A stretch of DNA of 64,000 nucleotides. Source: Nitrospirota bacterium. Lineage in GTDB: Bacteria; Nitrospirota; Thermodesulfovibrionia; Thermodesulfovibrionales; SM23-35. The notes under the pieces are model-generated. The model had not been told where the DNA came from, ran no database searches, and saw nothing but the letters and a program-made list of their open reading frames with translations. Numbering within the stretch: the first letter of the stretch is position 1; each line of letters starts with the position of its first letter. Of the stretch, positions 10,626 to 20,141 are shown one piece after another. The translations under genes were made by a program, and so were the position numbers. The stretch covers positions 224,393 to 288,392 of the forward strand of contig JBMOLW010000030.1 in NCBI GenBank assembly GCA_049323875.1, given 5' to 3'.

Positions 10626-12050
10626 TCAGGCAACGACTTTCTGAAAGTCTTCATCCTGGAGGAGGTTCCTGAAGTCTTCGTCCCCTTTGGCAGTCTCCCT
10701 GCAGGCAGGATTGATCATAATGGCTTTTGAAAGATCAGCCAGGGCGCTCTTTTTGTCCCCCTGCAGCGCATACAGGCAGGCTTTGGTATACCATGCATCA
10801 GCAAAATCAGGTCTGAGATCAAGGGTCTTCTCATATGCCCTGAGCGCTTCCTCATACCTGCCGAGCCTGCCGAGGGCAATGCCCTTGTTGTACCATGCAT
10901 CGGCAGAGCCGGGCATCATCCTGATTGCATTCTCATACGCCTTCAGTGCCTTTTCATGGAGACCGAGCTGTATCAGGGTAACCCCTTTATTATACCAGGC
11001 ATCAGCCAGATCAGGTTCCAGTTCGAGCGCGTTCTCATATGATTTGAGAGCCTCTTCGTGCCTGCCGAGGCGTGCAAGCACAACACCGGTGCTGTGCCAG
11101 GCACGTGCGGAATGCTGATTCAACTCGAGTGTATTCCCAAAAGCTGTGAGTGCTTCTTCATGCTGATCGATCCTGCCGAGGGCTATCCCCCTGGCATACC
11201 ATGCCCTCGCATTCCGGGGATCAGCGTCCAGAGCCCTTTCCAAAAATCCCAGCGCTTCGTGATAGTTCCCCTGCTGGATGAATACCACAGCCAGGTTGTA
11301 TAGGAGGAGTCCATCTGACGGATTTTTCCTGAGCGCTTTTTCGTAATAGTCTTTTGCCCTGAGATATTCACCCTCTTCATACTGCATATTCCCCAGGATG
11401 AGATAAACTGTCTCTTCTGCTACTGCCGTATGAAAGTGCTTTTCTATATCGTTTATCCTGTGGGAAAGGAGCGTGAGAACGCCCTTCTCAAAAGACCCGG
11501 GCACTCTTGCCTCCCGGGTGTTTACCGGAAAATCAACCGGCCAGGGGACAAGATCCGTTCTTTTTACAATATCGCTAATAATTTTCCTGACCTCATCCTG
11601 TGGAAGACTCAATTGCCTGAACTGCTCCAGTTGGTCAAGGAGAGTAAATTGGGGGAAGAGCATACGAATATTGTCAAGTAACCGTTCGTCCCTTTTCCTG
11701 TCCCGGTCTGAGGATTGCGGGAGCGGTGCTGCGGTCTGCTCGGCAAATGCTTTCTCAAGAATCCTTATCTGTGCGTTTATCCCGGCTGTTATCTGTGAAG
11801 TCTTATCCTGCAATGCCTTTTCCAGCTTTTCCGTTTTCTGCAGGAGAGCCTCCATCTCTTTTTTCAATTCCTCATGCTTGAGCGGTTCTTCCCTCTCCAC
11901 TTTTTCCGGCATTATCCCTGCCGAGGGTTCTTTCGCAGCTAACTTCCTTTTCGAGCGGTATATGCCGATAAAAACGAGAAGCGCCAGTATCCCCGCAAGA
12001 GCCGCAAATCCTGCCCACCAGTATTCATGAATATATGCCGTATCAATCAT
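10626..12050 (-). CDS. Membrane-anchored coiled-coil / TPR repeat protein
   Basis: N-terminal TM helix (WWAGFAALAGILALLVFIGIY), then a Glu/Lys-rich coiled coil. About seven consecutive TPR units follow (AWY.KG.AL..LG..EEAL.AYE.AL.L.P..A.AWYNKG). Confidence 0.75.
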   Translation of the reverse strand: MIDTAYIHEYWWAGFAALAGILALLVFIGIYRSKRKLAAKEPSAGIMPEKVEREEPLKHEELKKEMEALLQKTEKLEKALQDKTSQITAGINAQIRILEKAFAEQTAAPLPQSSDRDRKRDERLLDNIRMLFPQFTLLDQLEQFRQLSLPQDEVRKIISDIVKRTDLVPWPVDFPVNTREARVPGSFEKGVLTLLSHRINDIEKHFHTAVAEETVYLILGNMQYEEGEYLRAKDYYEKALRKNPSDGLLLYNLAVVFIQQGNYHEALGFLERALDADPRNARAWYARGIALGRIDQHEEALTAFGNTLELNQHSARAWHSTGVVLARLGRHEEALKSYENALELEPDLADAWYNKGVTLIQLGLHEKALKAYENAIRMMPGSADAWYNKGIALGRLGRYEEALRAYEKTLDLRPDFADAWYTKACLYALQGDKKSALADLSKAIMINPACRETAKGDEDFRNLLQDEDFQKVVA

Positions 12051-12146
12051 CCGTCTGTAATCTACACACTTTTATCCGGCCTGTCAAACCCGGCATGGTC
12101 TATGGCAACCGCGCTTGAACTCTCGTCTTGTCCGGGAGTAGAACCG

Positions 12147-13061
12147 TTATATCGGTATTCCGACGTTTCCCAGCACCTTCATCGGCCCATAATCTTTCAG
12201 CAGGTTCATCTGTTCTCCATTCCTCACAAGAAGCGCCCCTGCAAAACCAAGCGAATTGATCGACAGGGAATCGAAGTATTCCCTTGACCGCGGCACGAGG
12301 AGCATCCATTTTCTGGTGAGAATAAAACAGTACGGGCTTGACTGGGTTGTCAGGGAAAAGGGATCCGGAGACCTCATTCCAAGGGACAGAAGCGACGCCC
12401 CATAGAGTTCGAACATGCGCTGTGCCGCTTCGGACGGAGAGTTGTCCGGAACGTCTTCGAGACGGATAAATACGTGACGGAAAGGGAACGCCGGCACTTG
12501 CCCTATTATCCCGTTGAACGTTGCTTCATCCAACAGAGGTTCTACGGGAATCCCGGGGCCTTTAGGAGCGAGAGGCAGGGGCACCACCTGAAGGTGTTTA
12601 TGCCGCTGGCTCGCCCCTGCTGCTTCTCCCCCATTATAAAACCCGAGGCTATCGTATTCTGCCATGCATGCACAGAGGGCTTCGAGGTCAGGAATTGTGA
12701 GCAGAGCTTCCTGGTCCTCAAAATGCCTTGTGACTATGAGAAGGTGGTTTTCTACCACATTATATTTATTGAGAAGGGCAATATGCGAGCCGGATATATC
12801 GGCGATATAAAGGGCTTGATCATAGGGGAGAAAGGGATTTACGGACAAACCGGCTGCTCCGGAGGCCAACTGTCTCTGTTTCTCTTCAGACTTTCTTTCC
12901 AGACTGGAAATGATCCTCACAAAGAACCGCACCCCGGCATCTTCAATAAACTCATATTCTGTAGGGATAGGAAACTGTGCACCCCTGTGCAGTGCTTTTT
13001 CCGATGTCTCGAGTATGGTTTTCCACAGAGTATTCTTTTTCAGCAGTATCCGTGAATTCAT
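12147..13061 (-). CDS. ATP adenylyltransferase / Ap4A phosphorylase family protein (Apa2-like, GalT-branch HIT)
   Basis: NPFLPYD..LYI..I...HIALLNKYNVVENHLLIVTRHFEDQ plus the HxHxQ nucleotidyl motif (RHKHLQVVPLP). The ATG at 13061 is preferred. The ORF-track start at 13139 is TTG and would leave only 21 nt to the divergent gene at 13161. Confidence 0.7.
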   Translation of the reverse strand: MNSRILLKKNTLWKTILETSEKALHRGAQFPIPTEYEFIEDAGVRFFVRIISSLERKSEEKQRQLASGAAGLSVNPFLPYDQALYIADISGSHIALLNKYNVVENHLLIVTRHFEDQEALLTIPDLEALCACMAEYDSLGFYNGGEAAGASQRHKHLQVVPLPLAPKGPGIPVEPLLDEATFNGIIGQVPAFPFRHVFIRLEDVPDNSPSEAAQRMFELYGASLLSLGMRSPDPFSLTTQSSPYCFILTRKWMLLVPRSREYFDSLSINSLGFAGALLVRNGEQMNLLKDYGPMKVLGNVGIPI

Positions 13062-13160
13062 TTTCCGTGAAATCAGCTCCTTGATTGTTTTATCATACCA
13101 GAAAGTACATGGCGCCAAAGGAGAAAATACCAGGGACAATACAAGAGGGAGGGAAATATA

Positions 13161-13823
13161 ATGGATGCAATCGAATGCATCAAATCCAGAATGAGCATAA
13201 GAAAATTCAAGCCTGATCCTGTTCTCGACGACATTCTGGTCGAAATCATCGAATCAGCCAAATGGAGTCCTTCATACAAAAACAGCCAGCCATGGGAAGT
13301 GGCCGTAGTCTCGGGCGAAAAAAAGGAATCACTCTCCAGGATGCTCGCAGAACTGATCGAAAAGAATGAACCGCCCTGCCCGGACATTCCTGAACCTGAG
13401 TCATGGCCGCCTGCTGAAAAAGCACGCATCGATTCTCTCATGAAAATGAGGAGTGAACAGACAGGAAAGGATCTGAATGACCCCCAGGTAAGGAAAAAAG
13501 CAAAATTACTGAACTTTAATTTTTACGGGGCTCCCCATGGCGTCTTTCTCTTCCAGGATGCATCGCTTCCCCTCTGGTCCCTGTTTGATATCGGGCTGTT
13601 TGCCCAGAGCCTCATGCTTGCGGCGCACGCGCACGGGGTCGGAACAGTGCCGCAGGCATTTCTTACTGACTATGCCTGTCATATAAAGAAATTTCTCGAT
13701 ATCCCGGAAACAAAACGTCTCGTCCTCGGAATTTCGGTCGGATATCCGGACTGGGATTCACCGGCAAACAGATTCAGAACCGACAGGGTGCACAGGGAAG
13801 AATTTTTCAGGATCCTCCAGTAA
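13161..13823 (+). CDS. Nitroreductase-family FMN oxidoreductase
   Basis: MDAIECIKSRMSIRKFKPDPV..IL.EIIESAKWSPSYKNSQPW is the typical nitroreductase N-terminus. 220 aa. Confidence 0.8.
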   Translation: MDAIECIKSRMSIRKFKPDPVLDDILVEIIESAKWSPSYKNSQPWEVAVVSGEKKESLSRMLAELIEKNEPPCPDIPEPESWPPAEKARIDSLMKMRSEQTGKDLNDPQVRKKAKLLNFNFYGAPHGVFLFQDASLPLWSLFDIGLFAQSLMLAAHAHGVGTVPQAFLTDYACHIKKFLDIPETKRLVLGISVGYPDWDSPANRFRTDRVHREEFFRILQ

Positions 13824-13843
13824 CAATCAGCGAAGAGCAGCCC

Positions 13844-14782
13844 ATGTTCAGTCCTTCCTATATCGCCGCCCATCGTTCGGGAAAGCTGCAGGAGCGCATC
13901 CAGGCTGCATATGGCATACTGGAGGACTGCCGTCTCTGTCCCCGTGAGTGTCATATCAACAGGCTGGCAGGCGAGCAGGGATTCTGCGGCGCCGGAAAAC
14001 CGGCGAGGGTATCAAGCTTCAACCCCCATTTCGGCGAGGAGGACCCCCTGGTCGGAAGCAGCGGTTCAGGCACAATATTCATGACTCACTGCAACCTCCT
14101 CTGTGTATTCTGCCAGAACTGGGAGATAAGCCATCAGGGTGAAGGCATTGAGGTATCGCCGAAAAAACTCTCCGATATGATGCTGTATCTCCAGAACAAC
14201 GGCTGCCACAATATCAATTTCGTGACACCGACCCATGTCATTCCCCAGATACTGGAGGCCCTCCCTCTTGCAATCGAAGGAGGCCTGAATGTGCCCCTTG
14301 TATATAATACTGGTGGGTACGACAGTGTAGAGAGCCTGAAACTTCTCGACGGCATTTTTGATATTTACATGCCTGATTTCAAGTTCTGGGACCCAGAGTA
14401 TGCGAAAAAATATCTCAAAGCCCCTGATTACCCGGAGATGGCAAGGAAAGCATTAAAGGAGATGCACCGGCAGGTAGGTGATCTTGTGATAAACGGGCGT
14501 GGCATCGCCGTCAGTGGAATCATCCTGCGCCATCTTGTTATGCCCGGAGGAACCGCGGGCACAAGAGAGATTATGCGTTTTATCGCACAGGAGATCTCGC
14601 CCGATACCTATGTAAATATTATGGACCAGTACCGTCCGTGCGGGAATGCCTATCGATACCCTCCGCTCAACCGGAGAATTACCCCTGAAGAGTATGAGGA
14701 AGCGCTCAAGGCAGCACAAGAGGAGGGGATTACCCGGCTTGATAATCGTGAGAGACGCACGATCTTCCGCCGGTTGTGGTAA
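13844..14782 (+). CDS. Radical SAM protein (PflX/activase-like)
   Basis: CxxxCxxC cluster motif CNLLCVFCQNWEIS, preceded by a Cys-rich N-terminus (CRLCPRECHINR..GFCG). 312 aa. Confidence 0.8.
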   Translation: MFSPSYIAAHRSGKLQERIQAAYGILEDCRLCPRECHINRLAGEQGFCGAGKPARVSSFNPHFGEEDPLVGSSGSGTIFMTHCNLLCVFCQNWEISHQGEGIEVSPKKLSDMMLYLQNNGCHNINFVTPTHVIPQILEALPLAIEGGLNVPLVYNTGGYDSVESLKLLDGIFDIYMPDFKFWDPEYAKKYLKAPDYPEMARKALKEMHRQVGDLVINGRGIAVSGIILRHLVMPGGTAGTREIMRFIAQEISPDTYVNIMDQYRPCGNAYRYPPLNRRITPEEYEEALKAAQEEGITRLDNRERRTIFRRLW

Positions 14783-14872
14783 GCCTCTGGCAGATAGCTT
14801 TACGTTACGAACCCAGTTCCAGGAGAGCAGGGATATTCTTAATATTCTTTAAATAATAAGTTGTTATAATAT

Positions 14873-15220
14873 TTAATTAAAGTTATTTCTTATATTGTCA
14901 ACGACAAAATACAGCAACTCTGTTTCTTCAATGATTTCATCAAACGCATGGGAATCTCCGGGTTCCGCATAGATCAGATCCCCTTGCCTGAGAGTTATCT
15001 TCTCTCCATTCACCGTCATGACCGCTTTACCCCGAATGCAGTAGAAGACTTCGTATTCTTTATGATGGGTATGTTCTGAAACAGCATTTCCCGGTTTGAG
15101 AATGATATGGCTTATATGCCTGACGCAGGGAAGAGAATCCCGGGTAAGTACCCTCTTTTTTAATTGAGGGTCATGACTTACCGGCTCAAAGGGAGTTTCA
15201 TCAAGGGGAAACAGTTTCAT
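14873..15220 (-). CDS. Cupin domain protein
   Basis: Cupin motifs G.AVSEHTHHKEYEVFYCIRG and GDLIYAEPGDSHAF. 115 aa. Confidence 0.75.
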   Translation of the reverse strand: MKLFPLDETPFEPVSHDPQLKKRVLTRDSLPCVRHISHIILKPGNAVSEHTHHKEYEVFYCIRGKAVMTVNGEKITLRQGDLIYAEPGDSHAFDEIIEETELLYFVVDNIRNNFN

Positions 15221-15368
15221 AGAACCAGGTGAATTATTCCGACCGGCATATTTTTTTCTGCATCCTTTTTTCTATCTTACCTTATTTAGTGTCTTTGCGC
15301 ATGAGGAAAGCAGACGCAAATGATCCGGGACAGACGCACCCTGTTTATCCGAAATATCTATATATAGT

Positions 15369-16145
15369 ATGATGAAGACAATGGTCACTTACCGTTTTTT
15401 GCTCAAGACTACTCTCCTGGTGCTCATAACACTGGCTCTCGCACCGTGGTATTTTCTGCTGCTCCTGCTTTTCTTCAGATGGCGATATCGCGTTGGACCG
15501 AAACTTGTTCAGTTCTATTCCAAGGCATGTCTTCGTGTTCTCCGCGTAAGTATCGATCAGATAAAAAATTCCGGAACTATGGAGAAATTGCGAAAAGGCG
15601 CCCTCCTCCTTGCAAACCACGTCAGTTTTCTGGACATTTTTGTCCTTTCCGCAGAGTTTGGAACCGTATTCCTGAGCAAATCGGAAATAAAATACTACCC
15701 GATTATCGGGCAGATAGCCTGGCTCATGGGCGTAATCTTTCTGAACCGTGATGCTTCCCATGAAAGACTCAGGGTACTCAGCACGATTGCAGGAAGATGC
15801 ACAGAGCAGATTATCGCGGTTTTTCCCCAAGGGACTACAGGCAGCATTGCCGACCGGTTGCCGTTCAGCAGGGGGATTTTCAAAGTGACGGAACTGAATC
15901 CGGAGATCGCGTTGCTGCCGGTCACTCTTTTTTACAAGGAAGATACTGCAATCGCATGGAAAAAGCCGGAGTCGATGAGGGATAATCTCCTCAAGGTCTG
16001 CAGTCAGGATGCAATTCACGTAAGGATATTCATCCATAAACCGGTAACTATTGCGGATTACCGGGGCAGAACCGCTTCTCAGGTATGCAGGTCAGTGGAA
16101 AAGACCGTATTGGAACCTTTACAGAAAGAATATGACATAGACTGA
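15369..16145 (+). CDS. plsC: 1-acyl-sn-glycerol-3-phosphate (lysophospholipid) acyltransferase
   Basis: N-terminal TM segment, HX4D catalytic motif (ANHVSFLD) and FPQGTT block (the FPEGTR equivalent). Confidence 0.82.
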   Translation: MMKTMVTYRFLLKTTLLVLITLALAPWYFLLLLLFFRWRYRVGPKLVQFYSKACLRVLRVSIDQIKNSGTMEKLRKGALLLANHVSFLDIFVLSAEFGTVFLSKSEIKYYPIIGQIAWLMGVIFLNRDASHERLRVLSTIAGRCTEQIIAVFPQGTTGSIADRLPFSRGIFKVTELNPEIALLPVTLFYKEDTAIAWKKPESMRDNLLKVCSQDAIHVRIFIHKPVTIADYRGRTASQVCRSVEKTVLEPLQKEYDID

Positions 16146-16195
16146 TCAGGAGCATACGTTATCAGCATAGCCTTTGCAGAAGCAATTTCCCTATC

Positions 16196-16231
16196 AGGAA
16201 AAACCGGACCAGGGCTTCGGAATGCCCGGTC
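16196..16231 (-). terminator. Putative intrinsic terminator downstream of the secreted cupin gene
   Basis: Read on the minus strand: GACCGGGC-attccgaa-GCCCTGGTC hairpin with one bulge, followed by CGGTTTTTCC. It lies between convergent genes ending at 16145 and 16238. Confidence 0.4.
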
Positions 16232-16237
16232 TCCGGC

Positions 16238-16675
16238 TTATTGATCGTGAGGAACCATAACAGTGTTGGGCGTACCGATTTCTCCTGTGTAAAAGGCAAC
16301 AAGCACCACCGGTTTTGTACCGGCGTTCTTCCCGTTATGAGGGATATTGACAAGTTCAATGAGAGCGTCACCAGCAGTGAAATGATATTCCTTCCCTCCT
16401 TTTACCTCCACAGTCAGGTTTCCTTCCAGAATATAGGCATACAGGGGAACAGGATGACTGTGCCACCCTGTTTCAGCTCCGGGCTTGATCTCTACCCTCA
16501 TGACGGTTATTTCCGGCTTATCAGTGGTGAGATAATGAACAGGATAATGACCGGTCGTGGTGGTTGTCTTCAGAATGACCGATGCCTCAACTCCTGAAGC
16601 ATAGTCACCTGAAGCAGCCAGGCAGGGAATTGCGAGAGCAACAAAGAACATGAATACCATCATATATTTTTTCAT
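16238..16675 (-). CDS. Secreted cupin domain protein
   Basis: GAGGAGG RBS upstream of the ATG at 16675. Signal peptide MKKYMMVFMFFVALAIPCLAAS. Cupin motifs GAETGWHSHPVPLYAYILEG and GDALIELVNIPHNG. Confidence 0.75.
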   Translation of the reverse strand: MKKYMMVFMFFVALAIPCLAASGDYASGVEASVILKTTTTTGHYPVHYLTTDKPEITVMRVEIKPGAETGWHSHPVPLYAYILEGNLTVEVKGGKEYHFTAGDALIELVNIPHNGKNAGTKPVVLVAFYTGEIGTPNTVMVPHDQ

Positions 16676-16925
16676 TGTTATCCTCCTCAATAGCTCTTGT
16701 ACAGAAAATCGCCCATTCATTCTACCATATTCCATACAGACTGCCCGCAGACATTGCCACCTTCGGCATTGTTCACCTTGCAGGAAGGAGGCATGACTCA
16801 TTGACAACCCACTGTATTCCTGATACTTTTTAGGTAAACGAAAAATACTCCGTGCTCAGGTATCCGGTGCCGGTTTCGTATCTTCCGGCAGGGTGCTGAC
16901 AGGAGTGTTTTTTCAATGAACTGTG

Positions 16926-19900
16926 ATGAAAGACCCAACACACAGAGTCTTTGAGATACCCGGGACAAAGACTGCAAGACAGATTCTCGTCCTGTTCATG
17001 CTTCTGCTGACTATTACGGCCATCCTCCTCTCTGGAAGCAGCGCTCAGAATGCTCCGGCAGAAAGAAAGACCGTTGTTTATGGCGGTGACCGTAATTACC
17101 CGCCATACGAATATCTTGACGAAAAAAACCAGCCCAGAGGCTTCCACATCGATCTGATCCGTGCTATTGGAGAGATTAGCGGGTTCGGGGTCGAAGTTCG
17201 TCTGCAGACCTGGGACGAAGCATTATCATCCTTTAAAGAGGGGCGGGTTGACGTACTTGCCATGTTCCATTCAGGAGAACGCGAACAGTATGTAGATTTT
17301 GCGGAGCCGCACACTATTGTATATCACGAGATTTTCGTACGGAAGCATTCCCCCGGTTTCAGCTCGGTTGAAGAACTGCGGAACCGTGAGGTGATCGTAC
17401 AACGCGGCGCATTCGCGCATGAATACCTCATGAGGGAGCTTTCCGGATCAAAGCTCATATTGGTTGAGACAGAACCTGATGCAATCAAACTGCTTTCTTC
17501 CGGCAAGTATGACTGCGCCCTCGTTACGCAGACAGGCGGACGCCATGCGATCAAAGAATATCATGTGTCTAATCTGACCACAGCGGGATCACCGCTCTTG
17601 CCACAGGCATACAGCTTTGCCGTTCTCTCCGGGAATACTCCATTGCTGAATCAGCTCAATGAGGGACTTTCTATATTGAAGCATACCGGTCAATACGATG
17701 AGATTTGCGAGAAGTGGTTCGGTTATCAACCACAGCCTTTCGATCTTGTCTCCGCACTTCAGTATGCTTTGTGGGTGCTTGCGCCTCTTGCCCTGATTAC
17801 CTTGCTTGCCCTGGCCTGGTCCTGGTTTTTGAGAAGAAAGGTTGTCCAGAAAACTCATGATCTGAATATCCAGCTGAGCGAGCGTATACGGGCAGAGGAA
17901 TCTTTGCGGAGAAGCGAAAGTCTTCTGCGCATTGCCGGAAAACTCTCCCGTCTTGGCGGGTGGAGAGTGAATGTTGAGGAAAACCGTGTGATATGGTCGG
18001 ACGAAGTTGCTGCCATTCATGAGATGCCGCCGGGTTATTCACCTTCTGTTGAGGAAGGAATCAGCTTTTACGCCCCTGAGTTCAGGAACAGGATCACGGA
18101 AGTATTTACAGCATGCGCACAGGACGGAATCCCCTATGACGAAGAGTTGCAGATAATCACCCGCAGCGGGAGACGGGTGTGGGTTCGCACTCTTGGGGAA
18201 GCGGAGCGCGACGAAACCGGAAAGATTACGGTCGTGCAAGGTGCTTTTCAGGACATCACTGACCGTAAACTTGCCGAGGATACACTAAGGACAGAAAAAG
18301 AATGGTCGGAAGCAATTATTAGTTTGGCACCGGACATTGTTGTGGGGCTGGGTGAAGACTCCAGAATTATAATTTTCAATAAGTTTGCCGAGAAACTGAC
18401 AGGATATAGTGCAAAGGATGTGATTGGCAAGAAATGGATCGAAATCTTTATCCCACGGGAAATGCATCAGGTGGTATACGGCGTCTGGAATGAGATTGTC
18501 AATAATAAATTGGTTGATCACAGTTATGAGAATCCTGTCATTACCAAAGACGGCGAACAGCGCCTGATAAGCTGGCACAATACTTTACTGACAAAAGACG
18601 GAAAGTTTGCGATGGTCCTTTCGATTGGCAAAGACATTACAGAGCGCAAGCGAACTGAGGAAGCCTTGCGCGAAAAGACAGCGGAGTTGGAAAGGTTTTT
18701 CAATTCTGCGCTCGATCTGTTGTGCATTGCCGACACCGATGGTCATTTCCGGCGTTTGAATCGGGAGTGGGAGGCTGTTTTAGGTTATCGACTGGAGGAA
18801 TTGGAAGGCCGACGCTTTCTTGATCTTGTTTGCCCGGAAGACCTGCCCGCCACACTGGATGCTATTTCAAAGCTCGACTCGCAACAGCCCATTCTTAATT
18901 TCATGAACCGCTACATTTGCAAAGACGGTTCTTACCGGTGGCTTGAGTGGCGTTCCTTTCCGTATGGAAAACTTATTTATGCCTCTGCCCGAGACATCAC
19001 CGAGCGAAAAAAGACGGAAGAGGCACTTTGGGAGAGCCAGAAGATGCTTTCATTATTTATGCGTTATTCCCCAATTTACACCTTTATCAAAGAAGTGACG
19101 CCAAATGAAAGCCTGGTGCTGATGGCCAGTGAAAATTACCAAGATATGGTAGGCATACCCGGCTCTAAAATGGTCGGCAAAACAATGAACCAACTTTTCC
19201 CGCAAGATTTTGCCGCAAAGATTGCTGCCGATGATTGGGTGGTTGTTTCCCAAAAAAAGATGCTGAAGCTGGATGAAGACTACAATGGCCGCAATTACAC
19301 CACATTCAAGTTCCCGATTGTTTCTGGTGAAAAGACTCTCTTAGCAGGCTATACCATCGACATCACCGAGCAGAAGCAGGCGGAAGAGGAAATCCGGAGA
19401 CTGAATGCCGAACTTGAGCAGCGGGTAATCGAACGCACTGCCCAGCTTGAACAGTCAAACAGAGAACTCGAAGCCTTTTCCTATTCCGTCTCCCATGACC
19501 TCCGTGCTCCGCTCAGGGCGATTGACGGGTTTACGGAAATCCTTCTGGGGGAATATGGGACAAAACTGGATGAGGAAGGAAAGAGGATCTGCTCTGTAAT
19601 CTCCGCAAACGCCCATAAGATGGGGCAACTCATTGACGAACTGCTTGCGTTGTCACGTCTTGGCCGTGCCGAGATGCATGTCTCCCGGATCGATATGAAA
19701 CGCATGGCAAATGAGGTATACCATGAACTCACAACTCCGGATATGAGGAAACGGATTGATTTCCAGGCTGCTGATCTGCAGAAAGCAAAAGGTGATCCTG
19801 TATTGATCAAACAGGTCTGGATAAACCTGATAGGGAATGCGGTCAAATTCTCCTGTAAAAGGGAAAAAGCCGTAATTACCCTATCCAGCAGGGATGAAGA

Positions 19901-20141
19901 GGGTCAAACTGTCTATTGTGTCAGGGACAACGGCGCCGGGTTCACCATGAAATATAAGGACAAACTCTTCGGGGTTTTCCAGCGCCTGCACAGCGAGCGT
20001 GAGTTTGAAGGGACCGGTGTGGGGCTTGCGATCGTCCAGCGGATCATCCACCGTCACGGAGGGAAAGTCCGGGCAGAGGGAGAGCCGGATAAAGGCGCGG
20101 AGTTCTGCTTCTCACTGCCGAAAGAACGGGGAATGTCATGA
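16926..20141 (+). CDS. Sensor histidine kinase: periplasmic solute-binding (SBP family 3) domain, TM, multiple PAS, HisKA, HATPase
   Basis: The N-terminal signal/TM is followed by an amino-acid-binding-protein-like domain (YPPYEYLDEKNQPRGFHIDLIRAI...VDVLAMF) and a second TM (WVLAPLALITLLALAWSWFL). At least four PAS-like units end in DITERK/DITDRK. The phosphoacceptor box is FSYSVSHDLRAPLRAI and the ATPase motifs are DNGAGF and GTGVGLAIV. Confidence 0.9.
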   Translation: MKDPTHRVFEIPGTKTARQILVLFMLLLTITAILLSGSSAQNAPAERKTVVYGGDRNYPPYEYLDEKNQPRGFHIDLIRAIGEISGFGVEVRLQTWDEALSSFKEGRVDVLAMFHSGEREQYVDFAEPHTIVYHEIFVRKHSPGFSSVEELRNREVIVQRGAFAHEYLMRELSGSKLILVETEPDAIKLLSSGKYDCALVTQTGGRHAIKEYHVSNLTTAGSPLLPQAYSFAVLSGNTPLLNQLNEGLSILKHTGQYDEICEKWFGYQPQPFDLVSALQYALWVLAPLALITLLALAWSWFLRRKVVQKTHDLNIQLSERIRAEESLRRSESLLRIAGKLSRLGGWRVNVEENRVIWSDEVAAIHEMPPGYSPSVEEGISFYAPEFRNRITEVFTACAQDGIPYDEELQIITRSGRRVWVRTLGEAERDETGKITVVQGAFQDITDRKLAEDTLRTEKEWSEAIISLAPDIVVGLGEDSRIIIFNKFAEKLTGYSAKDVIGKKWIEIFIPREMHQVVYGVWNEIVNNKLVDHSYENPVITKDGEQRLISWHNTLLTKDGKFAMVLSIGKDITERKRTEEALREKTAELERFFNSALDLLCIADTDGHFRRLNREWEAVLGYRLEELEGRRFLDLVCPEDLPATLDAISKLDSQQPILNFMNRYICKDGSYRWLEWRSFPYGKLIYASARDITERKKTEEALWESQKMLSLFMRYSPIYTFIKEVTPNESLVLMASENYQDMVGIPGSKMVGKTMNQLFPQDFAAKIAADDWVVVSQKKMLKLDEDYNGRNYTTFKFPIVSGEKTLLAGYTIDITEQKQAEEEIRRLNAELEQRVIERTAQLEQSNRELEAFSYSVSHDLRAPLRAIDGFTEILLGEYGTKLDEEGKRICSVISANAHKMGQLIDELLALSRLGRAEMHVSRIDMKRMANEVYHELTTPDMRKRIDFQAADLQKAKGDPVLIKQVWINLIGNAVKFSCKREKAVITLSSRDEEGQTVYCVRDNGAGFTMKYKDKLFGVFQRLHSEREFEGTGVGLAIVQRIIHRHGGKVRAEGEPDKGAEFCFSLPKERGMS

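Noticed and set aside
12072-12083. A 12-nt exact match (ttatccggcctg) to the box-1/loop junction of repeat copy B, in the spacer between the TPR gene and the adenylyltransferase gene.
   Set aside because: It is too short, and the flanks do not reproduce the other repeat modules. It may be a decayed relic, but this cannot be supported from this window alone.
15345-16037. Listed 230-aa minus-strand ORF.
   Set aside because: It is antisense to the acyltransferase gene, which has the HX4D and FPxGT motifs.
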